A stretch of 64,000 nucleotides of DNA, taken from Azolla caroliniana. Its lineage: Eukaryota > Plantae > Polypodiophyta. The notes under the pieces were generated by a model that worked only from the letters and a program-made list of their open reading frames with translations, did not search any database and was not told where the DNA came from. Both the position numbers and the translations under genes were made by a program. The stretch spans positions 16,740,001-16,804,000 of the forward strand of contig JBHGNT010000012.1 in the NCBI GenBank assembly GCA_043228905.1, read 5' to 3'. Shown here piece by piece: positions 24,571 through 37,700 of this stretch. Numbering within the stretch: the first letter of the stretch is position 1; the number at the start of each line of letters is the position of its first letter.

Positions 24571-26720
24571 CTAAAAATCCTCTCGGTTTTCGGAACCGAG
24601 GGAGTCGCGGTTACGTTCGTGGTTCGGCCGTACCGTCAGAAACTGGACCGAATGGCGCCCGTCTTGGCTTTTGACCCTCGCGTAGGCCGAACCATTGTCC
24701 AGCACCTTGGTCTCCATTCGTGCCGCCGTGATGTACGGCTCTCCCAGTATGACCGGATGCGAAGACGTCTCCTGCACGAAGAAGTGCTGGTCAATCTCGA
24801 CGTCGCCGATCTTGACTCGCACATTCGGACAGGCCCCGTGCAGTTCCTCGGTGGCGCGCGTTGCTGCCCTTATTTTCCACCCGTGCTTGGTGTTGATCGG
24901 CCATTTGCCCTTCTTATAGAAGTCCATGGACATCAAATTGATCTCCGATCCGTGGTCCACCAAAGCTATCACCGGTTCCTGGACATCGCCGATCTTCACC
25001 GGGGTTTCCGTGGTCGCTCGGGCCCAGTGTGGTCTCGAATAGTGGCTTTCCGCCCACTCGTCTCCCAGCGCCATGTCGTCTAGGTGCGTCGTCCGCACTT
25101 CCACCGTTCTTTCCGGTTCTGTCTCCGTTGACAGCCTCTTCCGTTTCACCAAGTCCACGATGGAGTCGTGGAACTCCTTCTTGGCGATTCCCAGCACCTC
25201 TCGTAACGACAGCTCCACCTTGCTGTCGAGGATCCGTTCCTCCAGGACCTTTCGTAAGTCCGTGGTCCTTTCTATCTCCGTCCCCAGACGGTACCCTTCT
25301 GGGGTTTATCTTGCGTACCGGCCCCGCCGGCTTCGTCCCGTCGTGGCCCGGACCGGGTCTCGTATCGTTGTGAGGGCCCGGTCGTCCCGGGTTTCCCCAC
25401 CCGCTTCTCTTCTACCAGAGCCTCGTAGTTCTGGCAAGCGGCTTCCACGAAGCCCGTCTTTTCCTCGACCGGGTCGCTCCACCCGGTCATCTCCCGTACC
25501 CGTTTCTCCGCACGGTCCGATTCCTCCCTTTTAAGCCTTGCACCGGCAAGGCCTTCCAGCATCGTCGGCCAGAATCCGGCTTTGCTTTCCCTTCGGGCCT
25601 CGCCGCCCCCGACTCGAATGCCGGCCGACGCCGAGTAGTGGACGGTTTCCGCGTGTCGGGCCGCCGCCTCTTCCATCAACCTTTTCATACCACCTCGCCC
25701 GTCGTTTCGGCTCAGGGCCCTTCGGGTGTCGCTGGCATGCACCCGTCCTTCCCACAGGTACACCACCCTGTCCCTCAGCGCCTCCGCGAAGTCGCCGCAG
25801 TCCTTCCGAATGTGGCCGACTTCATCGCACCACATGCACCTGTTTCCTGCCGCCGGCCGTCGGTCACGAGCCGGTTCGCCACCTTCCCTTCGGGCTTGCG
25901 CGATTTGGAGGTCCTTTATCGCCCTCGTCAATTCCTCCAGCGCCGCTCCTCCGGTTGAGCCTCTGACTACGCCGGTCGAAGCCGAACCGGTTTCCAACCA
26001 CTCTCGGGTCTCTTCCTTTCGCACCTGTGGCGCTGGTTCGAGCTTCCTTGCTGCGACCGAGCCCGACCCGGTTGCCCCGTTATCCGCCCATTCTCGCCGT
26101 TTGTCGAAACGGCCACAGACTTTCTTGACAGCCGCCCAGTCGGTAGTGAGCCCGTCTTCGGTTTCCAGCAAGAGGCCCACTTGCTCCCGATCCCGCTCGT
26201 CGACCGACTTGACAAACAGCAAGACCCGGCTCGTGTCCAGGATGGTTCGGTCGAGCGCCGAAAGGCGCGCAAAGTTTTCCTCGAACTCCAGGAGGAGTGC
26301 CGACGCGTTTCTTCCCTTCCCCGGGGACTCCACCCATTCCATGAACCTTCGCTTCGAAAGCCGGAGCGCGTCGTCCAGCCCGTATTTCTCTAGGAGCCGA
26401 CCTTCGAACTCCTCCCAGGTACGGCTCTCCGCCCGCACCTCGAGCACCTCCGCATGGATGCTCGGCATCGCCACTCGGGGAAATCCGGCAAGACGCCTTC
26501 CTTCCGGAATGTCCCGCATCAGCATCTCTGCACCGTAGGACGCCAAATACTTCGTGGCATCCTTCCCATCGAACCGGCCGATCGTGCCGACGACCGCCTC
26601 AATAGCTCTGTCGAGGGCACCGGTGCCCTCGCGCGCATTTACAATCCGATCCACGGCCGAAGCCATGGCCTCTGCAAGATCCGACCCCCTCATCTTCTGC
26701 TCTTCTGCCGCCTCTTTCAC
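24571..26720 (-). pseudogene. Gypsy D gag-protease (one 1-nt frameshift at ~25292)
   Basis: ORF 25272-26720 has CMWCDEVGHIRKDC; ORF 24571-25218 has protease motif ALVDHGSEIN. Confidence 0.85.
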
Positions 26721-27676
26721 GTCGGGTTCACCAAAGATGTCGAGATATTACTCAAGTGCGTGTGGAAACGAGGCGGGACCGCGGGGGTCTCGAACCAAAG
26801 AGCAAGCGAGGGAGGAGAAAGAGAGAGAACCGGCTACGCAGGACCGGGGATACACAGGGACACGGCCTTCAGCACGGAGAACGCGAACAGACACCGACAC
26901 AGACAGATGCGAATGACTAAATATGTATATTAACAAAAATGGCTAACACGACTACAACCCTCGATGGGGCACAGGTTGGTTACAAACGAACAGGCCGGCG
27001 AACAGATGCCGATGCTTGTTCGCTTCGATGCACAAAGGGGCAGCAGGTCGGAGGTGCTGTCGGAAGCACTCGGGCGTTCCTCGAAATAGCGCGAGCCTCC
27101 TCGGGACCCTGCATAGAAAGCTATGGAGCTCAAGAAGGAAGGAAACAGAGAGAGAAGCGTCCAGAAACGGTCCGACAGCACTTCGTCCTCTCTGCGCGAG
27201 ATGCCTGCAACAGCTTTTTCCTGCTCCTTATATAGGCCGACGAGCAGGCCGTCATGTCAGCTTTATTCCCTGTCCCTTTCGAACAGGGATCCGCTCCGTT
27301 CTTCACGCATCCGCGTAGTTACGCCGCCGACTCGTACAGTTCCTTAGCTCGCGCGCGCGACCGAAAAGACTGTTCGCGCGGTCTTTGTCTCCACTTGTGT
27401 TAGGGCCTGTTCCTGCCGATTATCCTCCTAATTCGCTTCTATGTACAACTTGGAGCGTGCGCGCGTGAAGAACCGGTTCCCACGCCTTGGTGCGCCGATT
27501 CCGCTTATGGACGGTTTTCTTCACGACAACGTTCCGAACGTCATTCGAAAAGACGATTGTCGCATCTCACCGCGCGACTGATTGCTTTTGTCAATGACTT
27601 TGGTTCTTCGGGGAAGGTCACGAGTAAATCCTTGACATCGTTACGTAGACCATAACGAAATTGCTCCATAAGTGCT

Positions 27677-30600
27677 TGTCATAACCAAGATCATTAATCC
27701 TAAAATAAAGATATAAATGATACAATCATACTGAAAATACGCGTTACCACCCATCCACCCCCGCGCCAGAGTCGACAGCGCGGACGGGGAATCCCGATCT
27801 GTCCCATAGCCGCCAAGATCTCCACGACAAGACCTTGGTAGATGACTAGTCCACATCAAAGAGAGCTTCGTCTGAACCACTCATGGGGCTCCCCCTTAAC
27901 CAGGGAGAGTCTCCCCTATTTATAGGACCTAGGCCATGTAATGACATCTACCTGACCAATCATGTGCAGGGTACCCTATGACACACATTAGGTCAGTCCA
28001 ATAAAGCCGACGACTCAGATATTATAGTATGATAGCCCCCTAATAAGTACGTCTAAACCAATGAACATTACATACTCCCCCCCTCCGTTTAATTGATCTC
28101 TTGCAATGGGAAGTTAGGAAAATGTTTGTGTAATGTCTCTTCAGTTTCCCATGTGCTGTCTTCTTCCAATCTATCCTTCCACTTAACCTTATAACGATGA
28201 ACAACTTTTGACCTTAGGTTTCTAGACCTATGGTTGAGGATTTTCTCAGGTTCATGTGGAGCAAAATGATCATCCTCTAATGTCAATAAATTAGACGGTG
28301 TTACAACATTATCATCATAACCAATCACCTCCTTTAATCGACTCACGTGGAATACGGGATTAACCATCACATTGGAAGGCAAATCCAAATGATAAGAATT
28401 GGGACCTACCCACACATCAACATGAATGGACTATATTTTGTTGATGTATGCTTAGCGTTGTTGTAGGCAAATTCCACCATAGGAAGGTAAGTCTCCCATA
28501 ATGAGGGTTTTTGCGCTACATATGCTCTCAACATATCCCCTAATATTTGATTCACTCTCTCAGTCTGCCCATCTAACTGAGGATGATTAGAAGAACTGAG
28601 ACTCAAGGTTGTTTGCAGTTTCTGCATAACTTCTGACCAAAATGTACTTGTAAACTTGGAGTCTCGATCACTTACAATCTCCATCGGTAGACCATATAAG
28701 CTATAAAGATGTTTAATAAACTTAATAGCCAATTGCTTTGCGGTAATTGTGGATTTTGTTGGAATGAATCTTGCCATCTTGGTAAGCCGATCAACAACCA
28801 CCCAAATGGCATTATTTCCCTCAACGGAACGAGGTAATCCAACTATGAAATCCATGGATATACTTTGCCACTTTTCAGCTGGAATATCGAGAGGTTGCAA
28901 TAAGCCAACTTTTTTCTGTCGCTCGGCCTTAATGACCTGACATTGTGGACAACGAATGACATAGGTCTCTACCTCAGGTTTCATTTTTTGCCAGAAAAAC
29001 CTAGCTTTAATCAAAGCTAATGTTCTTTGCACACTTGGATGTCCAGCAGAAGGGGCATCATGACATTCATACTGAATTTTATTCTTGATGTCCTTTATGT
29101 GTGGTATGCAAACCTTACTATTGCGGTACAATAACCCATTTGCAACATAGTAAAGATTCTTCGGGGTAGATGTGGTTCCATGATCGACGTCAATACCTGT
29201 TTCAGCTCTCTTCCAAAATTTCAAAAATGTTCTGTCATCAAGGTATTTTTGTTTACCCTAGATCAAATCATATAAGTCATTGTTAAATTCCACAAAACTT
29301 AGGGCATTAATTTCTGGAATACAACTCAAGGCATCTGCAACGGAATTCAAAGCCCCTTTTCGATATCTAATTTCGAAATCAAAGTCTTGCATCAACTCCA
29401 CCCATCTTGCCTTTTGACCCTCAAAATTATTTTGAGAGAGGAAGTATTGCAAGGAGTTGTGATCAGTTAAAACAGCAAATTTACTACAATATAAATAATG
29501 TCGCCATTTCTTTAAGGAGTAAATAATAGCAAATAATTCTTTTTCTTGAACCGAGTAATTTCTTTGGGCTGAATCCAATTTTTTGCTTTCAAAAGCAATC
29601 AGTCTCTCAATTTGAAATAATGCAGCCCAAATAGCATAATCACTTGCATCCGTCTCAACTTTGAATGTTTGATTAGGATCAGGTATAGCTAAAGTAGGTG
29701 CATTCACAATTAATGACTTCAACTTATTGAAGGTTTCTTCAAGAGAGGCATTCCACTCAATAGGTTTAGTGGACTTTCTTGTAATACCCTTCAATAGGTC
29801 CGTAAATGGTGCAGTGTAGGATGAATAGTTTTGAAGAGATCTTCTTAGGAATCCAACAAATCCTAAGAAAGATCGTAGCTCCTTAACATTTGAAGGTCGT
29901 GGCCAATTTAATACTACTTCTATCTTAGATTTATCAATAGACACACCCGACCTAGATATCTGGTGTCCAAGATACATAATCTCCTTTTGAAAGAAATCAC
30001 ATTTAGATAGTTTGGCAAATAGCTTGTATTCACGAAGCTTGTCCAAAACTATTCGGACATGACGCATATGATCCTCAAATGTATTACTATATACCATGAT
30101 ATCATCAAGGAATACGACCATGAAATCACCAAGCTGATCTCTAAATATATCATTCATCAATTGTTGGAATGTGGCTGGAGCATCAATCAACCCAAATGTT
30201 AGAACCCGAAACTCATAATGACCATAACGAGTTCGGAAAGCTGTTTTGGAAACATCTTCTTCTGAAACCCTGATCTGATGATAGCCAGTGTGCAAGTCTA
30301 TCTTAGTAAAATATCTTGCACTTTGGAGTCTATCTATCAAGTCATCAGAACGAGGCAAAGGGTAGGAATTGTGAATGGTGAGTTTATTCAAACCTTTGTA
30401 ATTCACACACATTCACCAAGTTCCATCCTTCTTCTTGGCTAAGATGACGGGAGCTCCCCATGGCGATTTATTGTACCGGATGTGTCTCATCCTCAAGTAT
30501 TCCTTGATTTGTCGTGCAATTTCATCCTCTTCAGTTCGACTCAACCGATATGGGGGTATGCTCACAGGTTTAGCACTTGGAACCAAGTTTATCTTATGAT

Positions 30601-33600
30601 CTATAGACCAAGAAGGAGGTAGTCCTTGAGGTAACTTATCTGGGAATATCTCCTTAAAATTCAACAAGATGTCACGTAGAGCATCTTTCTCAAAATCATA
30701 CAATGAACCCTTATCTACAAATTGATACAGAGGATCATTGGACTCTAATATACATGCATAAATTGTGCATCGACGTTTTTATCATAAGCATAAAGATGAT
30801 TAACAGACATTAAATTGTTTATCGCAATCCCATGAATAAAAACTTGTTGGTTGTTATTTCCTTCAAAAGAAATAGTATGACTCGGCCAATCAATATAAAG
30901 ACTATGTCTATTATAAAACCATATGTAACCAAGAACTACATCTACCGTTCGTAAACGCATTACATGAAAAGTCAACTTTTCAATGTAGTTATTTATTATT
31001 AGGGGTACACCATGTGCAATTAATGAATGCCTTTGGACATGGCCTCCCGCAGTAAGGACTTTGTAGTCGTGGTCACTTTTGGTTGTTTTTATTCGTAATA
31101 TCTGCACCATATTAGAGTCAAGAAAATTATGAGTGCTACCACAGTCAAATAGTATAGTTACACTTTGATTGTGGATAGTGCCATAAGTTTTAAGTAAATC
31201 GTGTGGTCCAAGCATATTTTTTTGTAATGCAATAGAACTAACTGAATTTAAATAATTCCAGAACATACTTAGATTATTGCAAGTTGATGGCTTTCTTTGC
31301 GGATTGCTGGAGTTACCGCTCTCCTTTCTCCTCCTACACTCGTTGGCTTTATGCCCAGGCTTCTTACAAACGTTGTAGATTATTACCCGCCTTTTCACAT
31401 TGTCGCCTTGACCTATCAGAGAAGGTTGGTACCTACGTTTACCGATTTCTCCTTCCGACTCTTTTGGTTGGTAACAAGTTTTTGTGTCAAACAAAATGCG
31501 GGCACGTTCCATCGCTTCTCCCAAGGTCTTGGGTTGATGAGCGTGGATCTCATAATGAAAATCTTTATTATGAAAACTATTAATATATAATCCTATCAAT
31601 ATTTCCTCATTAGATGCCGACAAAAGTCTATGCTTTGTTATCAAGCCGCGGAAATACTGATTGAATTGGTCAATAGTCCTGCCCTTATTTGACAAGTGAC
31701 ACATATCTTGTATCACTTGAGAAGTCATCTTGGGACGGACAAATTCCATCTAAGAATCTTTTCAAATGCCTCCCACGTTCCTGGTTTTCTATCCAACCAC
31801 TCCCACCATGAGTTTGCGGCACCGATCATCTCATCAACCGCCATATCGATCTTTTCAGAGTCATTCTGAATATTTTCAAGGCGAAAGTGAGCATTCCATC
31901 GGTTTATCCAATTGATCACAAACTCGTGGTTGCGTTGCTTATCCCTTCCCGAGAACTGTTGAGGAGTAAATGAAGGTTTCTTTGTATTGCTTGATGTGGA
32001 AGCATGTGCCTTTAACTCCAAAATTTGTTGTTGAAGGTTTTCAAATTGATGCCTATTGGCATCAAGAAGCCCTTCAAGTTTGGAGGAGAACGCAATTGTG
32101 ACCATTGTCATTGACTTGACAATATCATCTTGCGTTTTGCGGAAATTCGATATCGTCGTTAATATCCTCGTCACGAACCGGAGATATTGGTCGGTCGTCC
32201 TCATCTTGCATAGGAGAAATTGGATGACCTTGACGGGTGGGAGATGTGGGATGTGTCGAAAAACTACGATGATTGGGAGATGTGTGATGTGCAGAATTGC
32301 GAGAGGAGGACGCCATGATTAATACTTAGAGTTGAGAGAGTAAGGAAATAAGTATACTAAAGTCTAAAGTACTAAAGTACTAAAGTATTATATGAGACTT
32401 TAAAATTTGGATGAGGGAGTGAAGTATCATATATTATCATGAGAGATAATACTTATATACCTTTTTTCATTCAAGTCGGTGAGGATAAAAGATCCCCCTA
32501 TGATATGTCCAATTTAGGAAATTATCCCCTTTTTATCTATTTCGATTCCTAGATTAGACATTAGGAAATAAGACCACCCTTTTTAGGAAGTTGGTGATGA
32601 GTAGTCCGTCACCACCTCTCTCAAGATAATCCCTTAAATTCTTCCAAACTAGGAAATTCTCCCTTTTTGGTTAATGAAAAATCCTACCTTAGGTTTTAGG
32701 AATAAACATCCCCTTTTTGGAAGTCGGTGGGAATAGCTTGCGATTTCCATGAGAATCACTTCAAACAAATAGGGGTGATGATCAAAACACCCCTTCAATC
32801 ATCATCCCCCTATTCTTCCCATCCATCTCCACACGTAAGGCTGCCTCATGGGCATAGCCATTAGATCAAGAGGGGTATACAAAAAATAAAATATAAGTAT
32901 ATTTGTGATGCTTTTATTTGAATAACTATATATTAAATATCTAAACATAAAACAAACACATATTAATAATAATTTTATTGAACATTTTTAACCCCTCGAT
33001 TTATTTTTTATATTTCTTTTGTGCATCAGTGAATCGAACTCATAACCTTTACTTTTAAGGTTATAGCAAGAATATACTAACCAACCCATCACACAAATTT
33101 TGTTGTGATATGGTCTACGTCTAAACCTTAATATATTAATTATACATAACCCCAATATACCACATCAACATATCTCCTCCAAACGGAATCTTTGTGGCGT
33201 TTTTGACATTTCCGCAATCCATCATTTAACATACATTAGTACGTAATATATATATATATATATATATATAACATATTTTCCCATACTAAAGCACACAATG
33301 CGAATCCAATCAAACATTATTTTTTTAGGATTAAAACCGCTCTAATACCATATGTAATAACCAAGATCATTAATCCTAAAATAAAGATATAAATGATACA
33401 ATCATATTGAAAATATGCGTTACCACCCATCCGCCCCCGCGCCAGAGTCGACAGCGCAGACGAGGAATCCCAATTTGTCCCATACTAGCCAGGATCTCCA
33501 CGTCAGGAACTTGGTAGATGACTAGTCCACATCAAAGAGAGCTTCATCTGAACCACTCATGGGGCTCCACCTTAACCAAGGAGAGTCTCCCCTATTTATA

Positions 33601-33748
33601 AGACCTAGGCCATGTAATGACATCTACCTAACCAATCATGTGCGGGGTACCGTATGACACACATTAGGTCAGTCCAATAAAGCCGACGACTCAGATATTA
33701 CAGTATGATAGCCCCCTAATAAGCACGTCTAAACCAATGAACATTACA
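27677..33748 (-). mobile_element. Gypsy F: chromovirus, full length, decayed
   Basis: 396-bp LTRs at 27677-28072 and 33353-33748 (~24 differences by eye); TSD GTGCT/ATGCT; iMet-type PBS at 33350-33339; PPT at 28086-28073. Confidence 0.92.
28089..32204 (-). pseudogene. Gypsy F gag-pol with C-terminal chromodomain
   Basis: gag, PR (LFDCGSTHNF), RT (FLDD), RH, IN and chromodomain EPEKILNHR...YKVKWK...DSTWE; several in-frame stops. Confidence 0.9.
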
Positions 33749-34080
33749 ATGCTTGGTCATCCTAGGGGATATCGGAGGCGAGTAGGCGGAAATCTGCAAC
33801 GTATGCGGAGGCTGGACGATCACCTTGACATAATTGTCGGATTTTGTTGATTGTTGTCCTTATACTGTCAGTATCTCTAAAACAGGCTTTAAACTCACTT
33901 AAAAACTCTTCAAAATTGATTAGTAAAGGAGATTCCTTTTCTAACAATGGAGTGAACCATGCCAAAGCTGAGCCACTTCACAACGTGCCTACTAAACTCA
34001 CTCGTGATGCATCGGTGGGATATCGGGAAGGTTGCATTTGAATGACTAATCGTACTTGATTAAGGAATCCTCTAAACTGT

Positions 34081-34743
34081 GATCGTGTTCCATCAAATTT
34101 CATGGAAAGGTCGATCTTGGGTTCTTTATGAACCCCTTGTGTACTGGGTCCTCGTTGTTGCATCGCGACTATGGTTGCTTCAAGTTATTGCACGCGTAAC
34201 GCTAGTTCCCCATGTTGTTGTTGCGTCTACTGCTTCTTTAAGGAGATTTGTTGAAGCTCCCCCAATAGTCGTTGATTTTCTTGTTCCAATGCGAGAAACT
34301 TCTCTTTCAAGCATTGCAACTCCGAAAAAACGGATTGATATTCTTGAGCGCTAATAGTGGCCATAGTATGAGAGAAAAGAGGAATAAGAGATTAGTATGA
34401 AGGGAGGCATAGTGGCGATCGTGTTCCATCAAATTTCATGGAAAGGTCGATCTTGGGTTCTTTATGAACCCCTTGTGTACTGGGTCCTCGTTGTTGCATC
34501 GCGACTATGGTTGCTTCAAGTTATTGCACGTATAATGCTAGTTCCCCATGGTGTTGTTGCATCTACTGCTTCTTTAAGGAGATTTGTTGAAGCTCCCCCA
34601 ATAGTCGTTGATTTTCTTGTTCCAATGCGAGAAACTTCTCTTTCAAGCATTGCAACTCCGAAAAAACGGATTGATATTCTTGAGCGCTAATAGTGGCCAT
34701 AGTATGAGAGAAAAGAGGAATAAGAGATTAGTATGAAGGGAGG
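34081..34743. repeat. 327-bp tandem duplication of the gypsy A leader/gag start with a 9-bp filler
   Basis: Copies 34081-34407 and 34417-34743 (~5 substitutions), separated by CATAGTGGC. Confidence 0.9.
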
Positions 34744-34775
34744 GAGAAGTAAGAAGATAAAGGAAGAGAAGGAAG

Positions 34776-37700
34776 TGTTGTAAAACAGTGCTCAGCCACC
34801 ACCGAGGAATAGGATAAATTCACAGAAAACAGGAAATACAAAATGCACGAAGTACAATAGAGAGAAGAGTACACGGGATGTTTTACATGGAAAACCCTAA
34901 TTGGGAAAAACCACGGGAGTCCTCAAACTCCAACTATCACTATAGACAGAGATGTACAATGGTGAAGCTACAAGGCAACAACCTTGAGCTCACTGTCTTC
35001 GCCACAGGCGGCGGCAGTACACAGAGGCAACGACCTCTTCGTCTCTCTCTCTCTCTCTCTCTCTCTCGGCTACTCACTTTTCTCTCTCTCTCTCAAAATG
35101 AGCAAAAAAAAAAAAAAAACCTTTAAACTGTTTGCCCTAAGTCATATTTATACACATATGACTTTCGGGCTATTTACAAATATAGCCTCAAGGGCTCTTA
35201 GCAAACATATTCACAAATATGTCCCCGCATCCGGATCTCTCTCCGGGTACATTCGTCATCTGGCTCCGTAGCCGGGGTCTTCAGCATCCAGCTCCGTAGC
35301 CGGGGTCTTCATCATCCGGATCCGTATCCGGGTACTCTTCATCCGGCTTCATGCCGGGTACTCTTCATCATCCGGATCCGCATCCGGGTACACTTCATCC
35401 GGCTTCATGCCGGGTACTCTTCATCATCCGGTTCCGTAACCGCAACCGGGCTTGCCGTCATTTATCTCCAGGGACATCCCATCCGGAGGGACCGAAATCC
35501 CAACAAACTCCCCCTTCACTTCGGCATGGGATGTCTCTCCAATCCGATCCTCTTTCGGCATGCTTCCAACTTGTCGGGTGTGAGCACTTTGGTCAGCATA
35601 TCTGAGCCGTTCTCATCCGTGTGGATCTTCGTCAGCACGAACTCCTGGTCTTCTATCCTTTCCCGGATCCAGTGATATCTTCGCTGGATGTGCTTCGTCC
35701 GGGAGTGATAGGCCGCGTTCTTCGCAAGGTGGATGGCACTCTGACTGTCGCAGTAGAGTCGGTACTCCTCTTGCCGGATACCGAGCTCTCTAATGAAGTC
35801 CTTCATCCATATTATTTCCTTGCCGGCTTCAACAGCCGCCATGTACTCCGCCTCCGTGGTTGACAACGCAACCGTCTTCTGCAGCCTCGACTGCCACGAA
35901 ACAGCTCCCCCTGCATACGTCATCACATACCCTGATGTGGACCGGCTGGTATCTGCATCAGCCGACATATCCGAATCGGTAAAGCCGTCGAGTTCGGGCT
36001 TACCGGAGCCGAATCGGAGGCACACGTTTGCCGTGCCCTTCAGGTATCGGAGTATCCACTTGACCGCGTTCCAGTGCTCTTTGCCGGGATTGCTCATGTA
36101 CCGGCTCACCACTCCAACTGCATATCCTATGTCCGGTCTTGTACACACCATTGCGTACATCAAGCTTCCGACGGCAGAGGCATATGGTACTTTCATCATG
36201 TCCTCTTTCTCAGCCTTTGTCTTGGGGCTTTGCTTGCTGGACAGCTTGCAGTTTGCCGGGAGGGTTGATCCGACCGGTCTTGCTTCCGACATGTTGAACC
36301 GGTGAAGCACCTTTGTTACGTACTTCTCCTGTGACAGCCACAACTGCTTCTTCTTCCGGTCTCGGATGATGTGCATCCCTAGTATTTGCCTCGCCGGACC
36401 CAGGTCCTTCATTGAGAAGGTTCGGTGAAGTGCTTTCTTCAGCATCCGTATCTTGCCCTGGTCCCGTCCGACGATCAACATGTCGTCCACGTACAGGAGG
36501 AGTATTAGAGAGTCTCCTCCTTCGAACTTCTTCACAAACACGCAGTGATCGGACTGCGTTTTGTGGTACCCTTCGTCGGTCATGAAGGAGTCGAACTTCC
36601 GGTACCATTGCCGGGGAGCCTGCTTCAGTCCGTAAAGGCTCTTCTTCAACCGGCATACCAGTTGCTCCTTCCCTTTCTTCTCGAATCCTTCCAGTTGCTG
36701 CATGTAGATTTCTTCTTCGAGGTCACCGTGAAGGAATGCCGTCTTCACGTCCATCTGTTCTACCTCGAGGTCCATGCTTGCCGCTACGCTCAGCACCGTC
36801 CGGATGGAGGTCATCTTCACTACCGGGGCAAATATCTCGTCGAAGTCGACGCCCTTCTTCTGCTGGAACCCCTTCACTACGATCCTGGCTTTGTATCTCG
36901 TGGGGTTTCCGGCATCTCCCGGTTTCAGCTTGAACACCCACTTGTTTCGAAGTGCCCGCTTACCTTTCGGCAACTCCACAAGTTCATATGTGTGGTTCTC
37001 ATGCAGGGAATCCATCTCCTCCTGCATGGCACTTAACCACCTGCGGCTATGGTTGTCAAGCTTTGCTTCTTCAAAACTTTCCGGCTCCCCCTCGTCGGTT
37101 AGCAGCACATGCTCTTGTTCCGGAAATCTCCGGGGGGCCCTTCTCTCTCTTAGAGGATATCTCCGTTCCGGAGCTTCGGTAACCGGCTCCTCCGTTTCCT
37201 CTTCATCCGAATCCATTTCGGGATCGGGGCCGGTTCCGGTATCTGTTTCATCTTCCTCGGCCGGTTCTGTTTCTTCACCGTCTTCGGCCGGATCCTCGAG
37301 TGCTAACCGGTCCCTTGCCGGTCGGGACTGCTCCTTGTAGAGTTGATCCTCACCGGTCGACTTGGAGCTCTTCATCTTCTTCTCCGACTCCCAGTCGGCG
37401 AGTGTCTTATCCTCCATGAAGATGATATCTCGACTCATGAATATCTTCTTGTCGACCGGGTCCCATACTCAGTAGCCGAACTCGTCGTCGCCGTAACCGA
37501 GGAATATGCATGGCCGGGTCTTTGGATCTAACTTTCCTCTCCGGTCCTTTGCCACATGCACGTATGCGAGACACCCGAACACCTTCAGATGCCGGTAGGA
37601 CACTTCCTTACCGGTCCACTCTTTCTGCGGCGTGTCTCCGTCCAAAGGTACTGAGGGTGATCTATTTATCACATACATCGCCGTCGACATTGCCTCAGCC

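Larger units (their letters stand above)
17566..24580 (-). pseudogene. Gypsy D RT-RNase H-integrase (nonsense stops at 22421 and 18064; split by element E)
   Basis: RT (PFLDD), RH (TVDTS), IN zinc finger and core (HDSPWAGH...CESC, DLVTM, ADRGE, KVERGH), GPY motif. Confidence 0.9.
16784..27528 (-). mobile_element. Gypsy D: tRNA-Trp-primed non-chromovirus (Phygy/Selgy-like, tentative), full length, host of E
   Basis: LTRs 16784-17494 and 26738-27528 (TGTCG...CGACA); 4-bp TSD ACGT; PBS at 26733-26716 complementary to TTCACGTCGGGTTCACCA (plant tRNA-Trp 3' end as recalled); G-rich PPT at 17506-17495. Confidence 0.92.

Noticed and set aside
25272-25310. Second -1 frame change in D (gag to protease), suggesting a double-frameshift gag-pro-pol layout
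   Set aside because: No in-frame slippery heptamer after the -1 frame stop; loss of one G from AAG-GGG-TAC restores a continuous frame, so a mutation is more likely.
23865-26933. Many long overlapping antisense ORFs in D (also in G and L)
   Set aside because: Expected from GC-rich codon usage on the opposite strand; no recognisable domains.
37469-37471. Programmed stop-codon readthrough in G (and TAG stops at 22421 and 18064 in D)
   Set aside because: CGA>TGA and probable CAG>TAG changes fit methylcytosine deamination; sister copy L has CGA.
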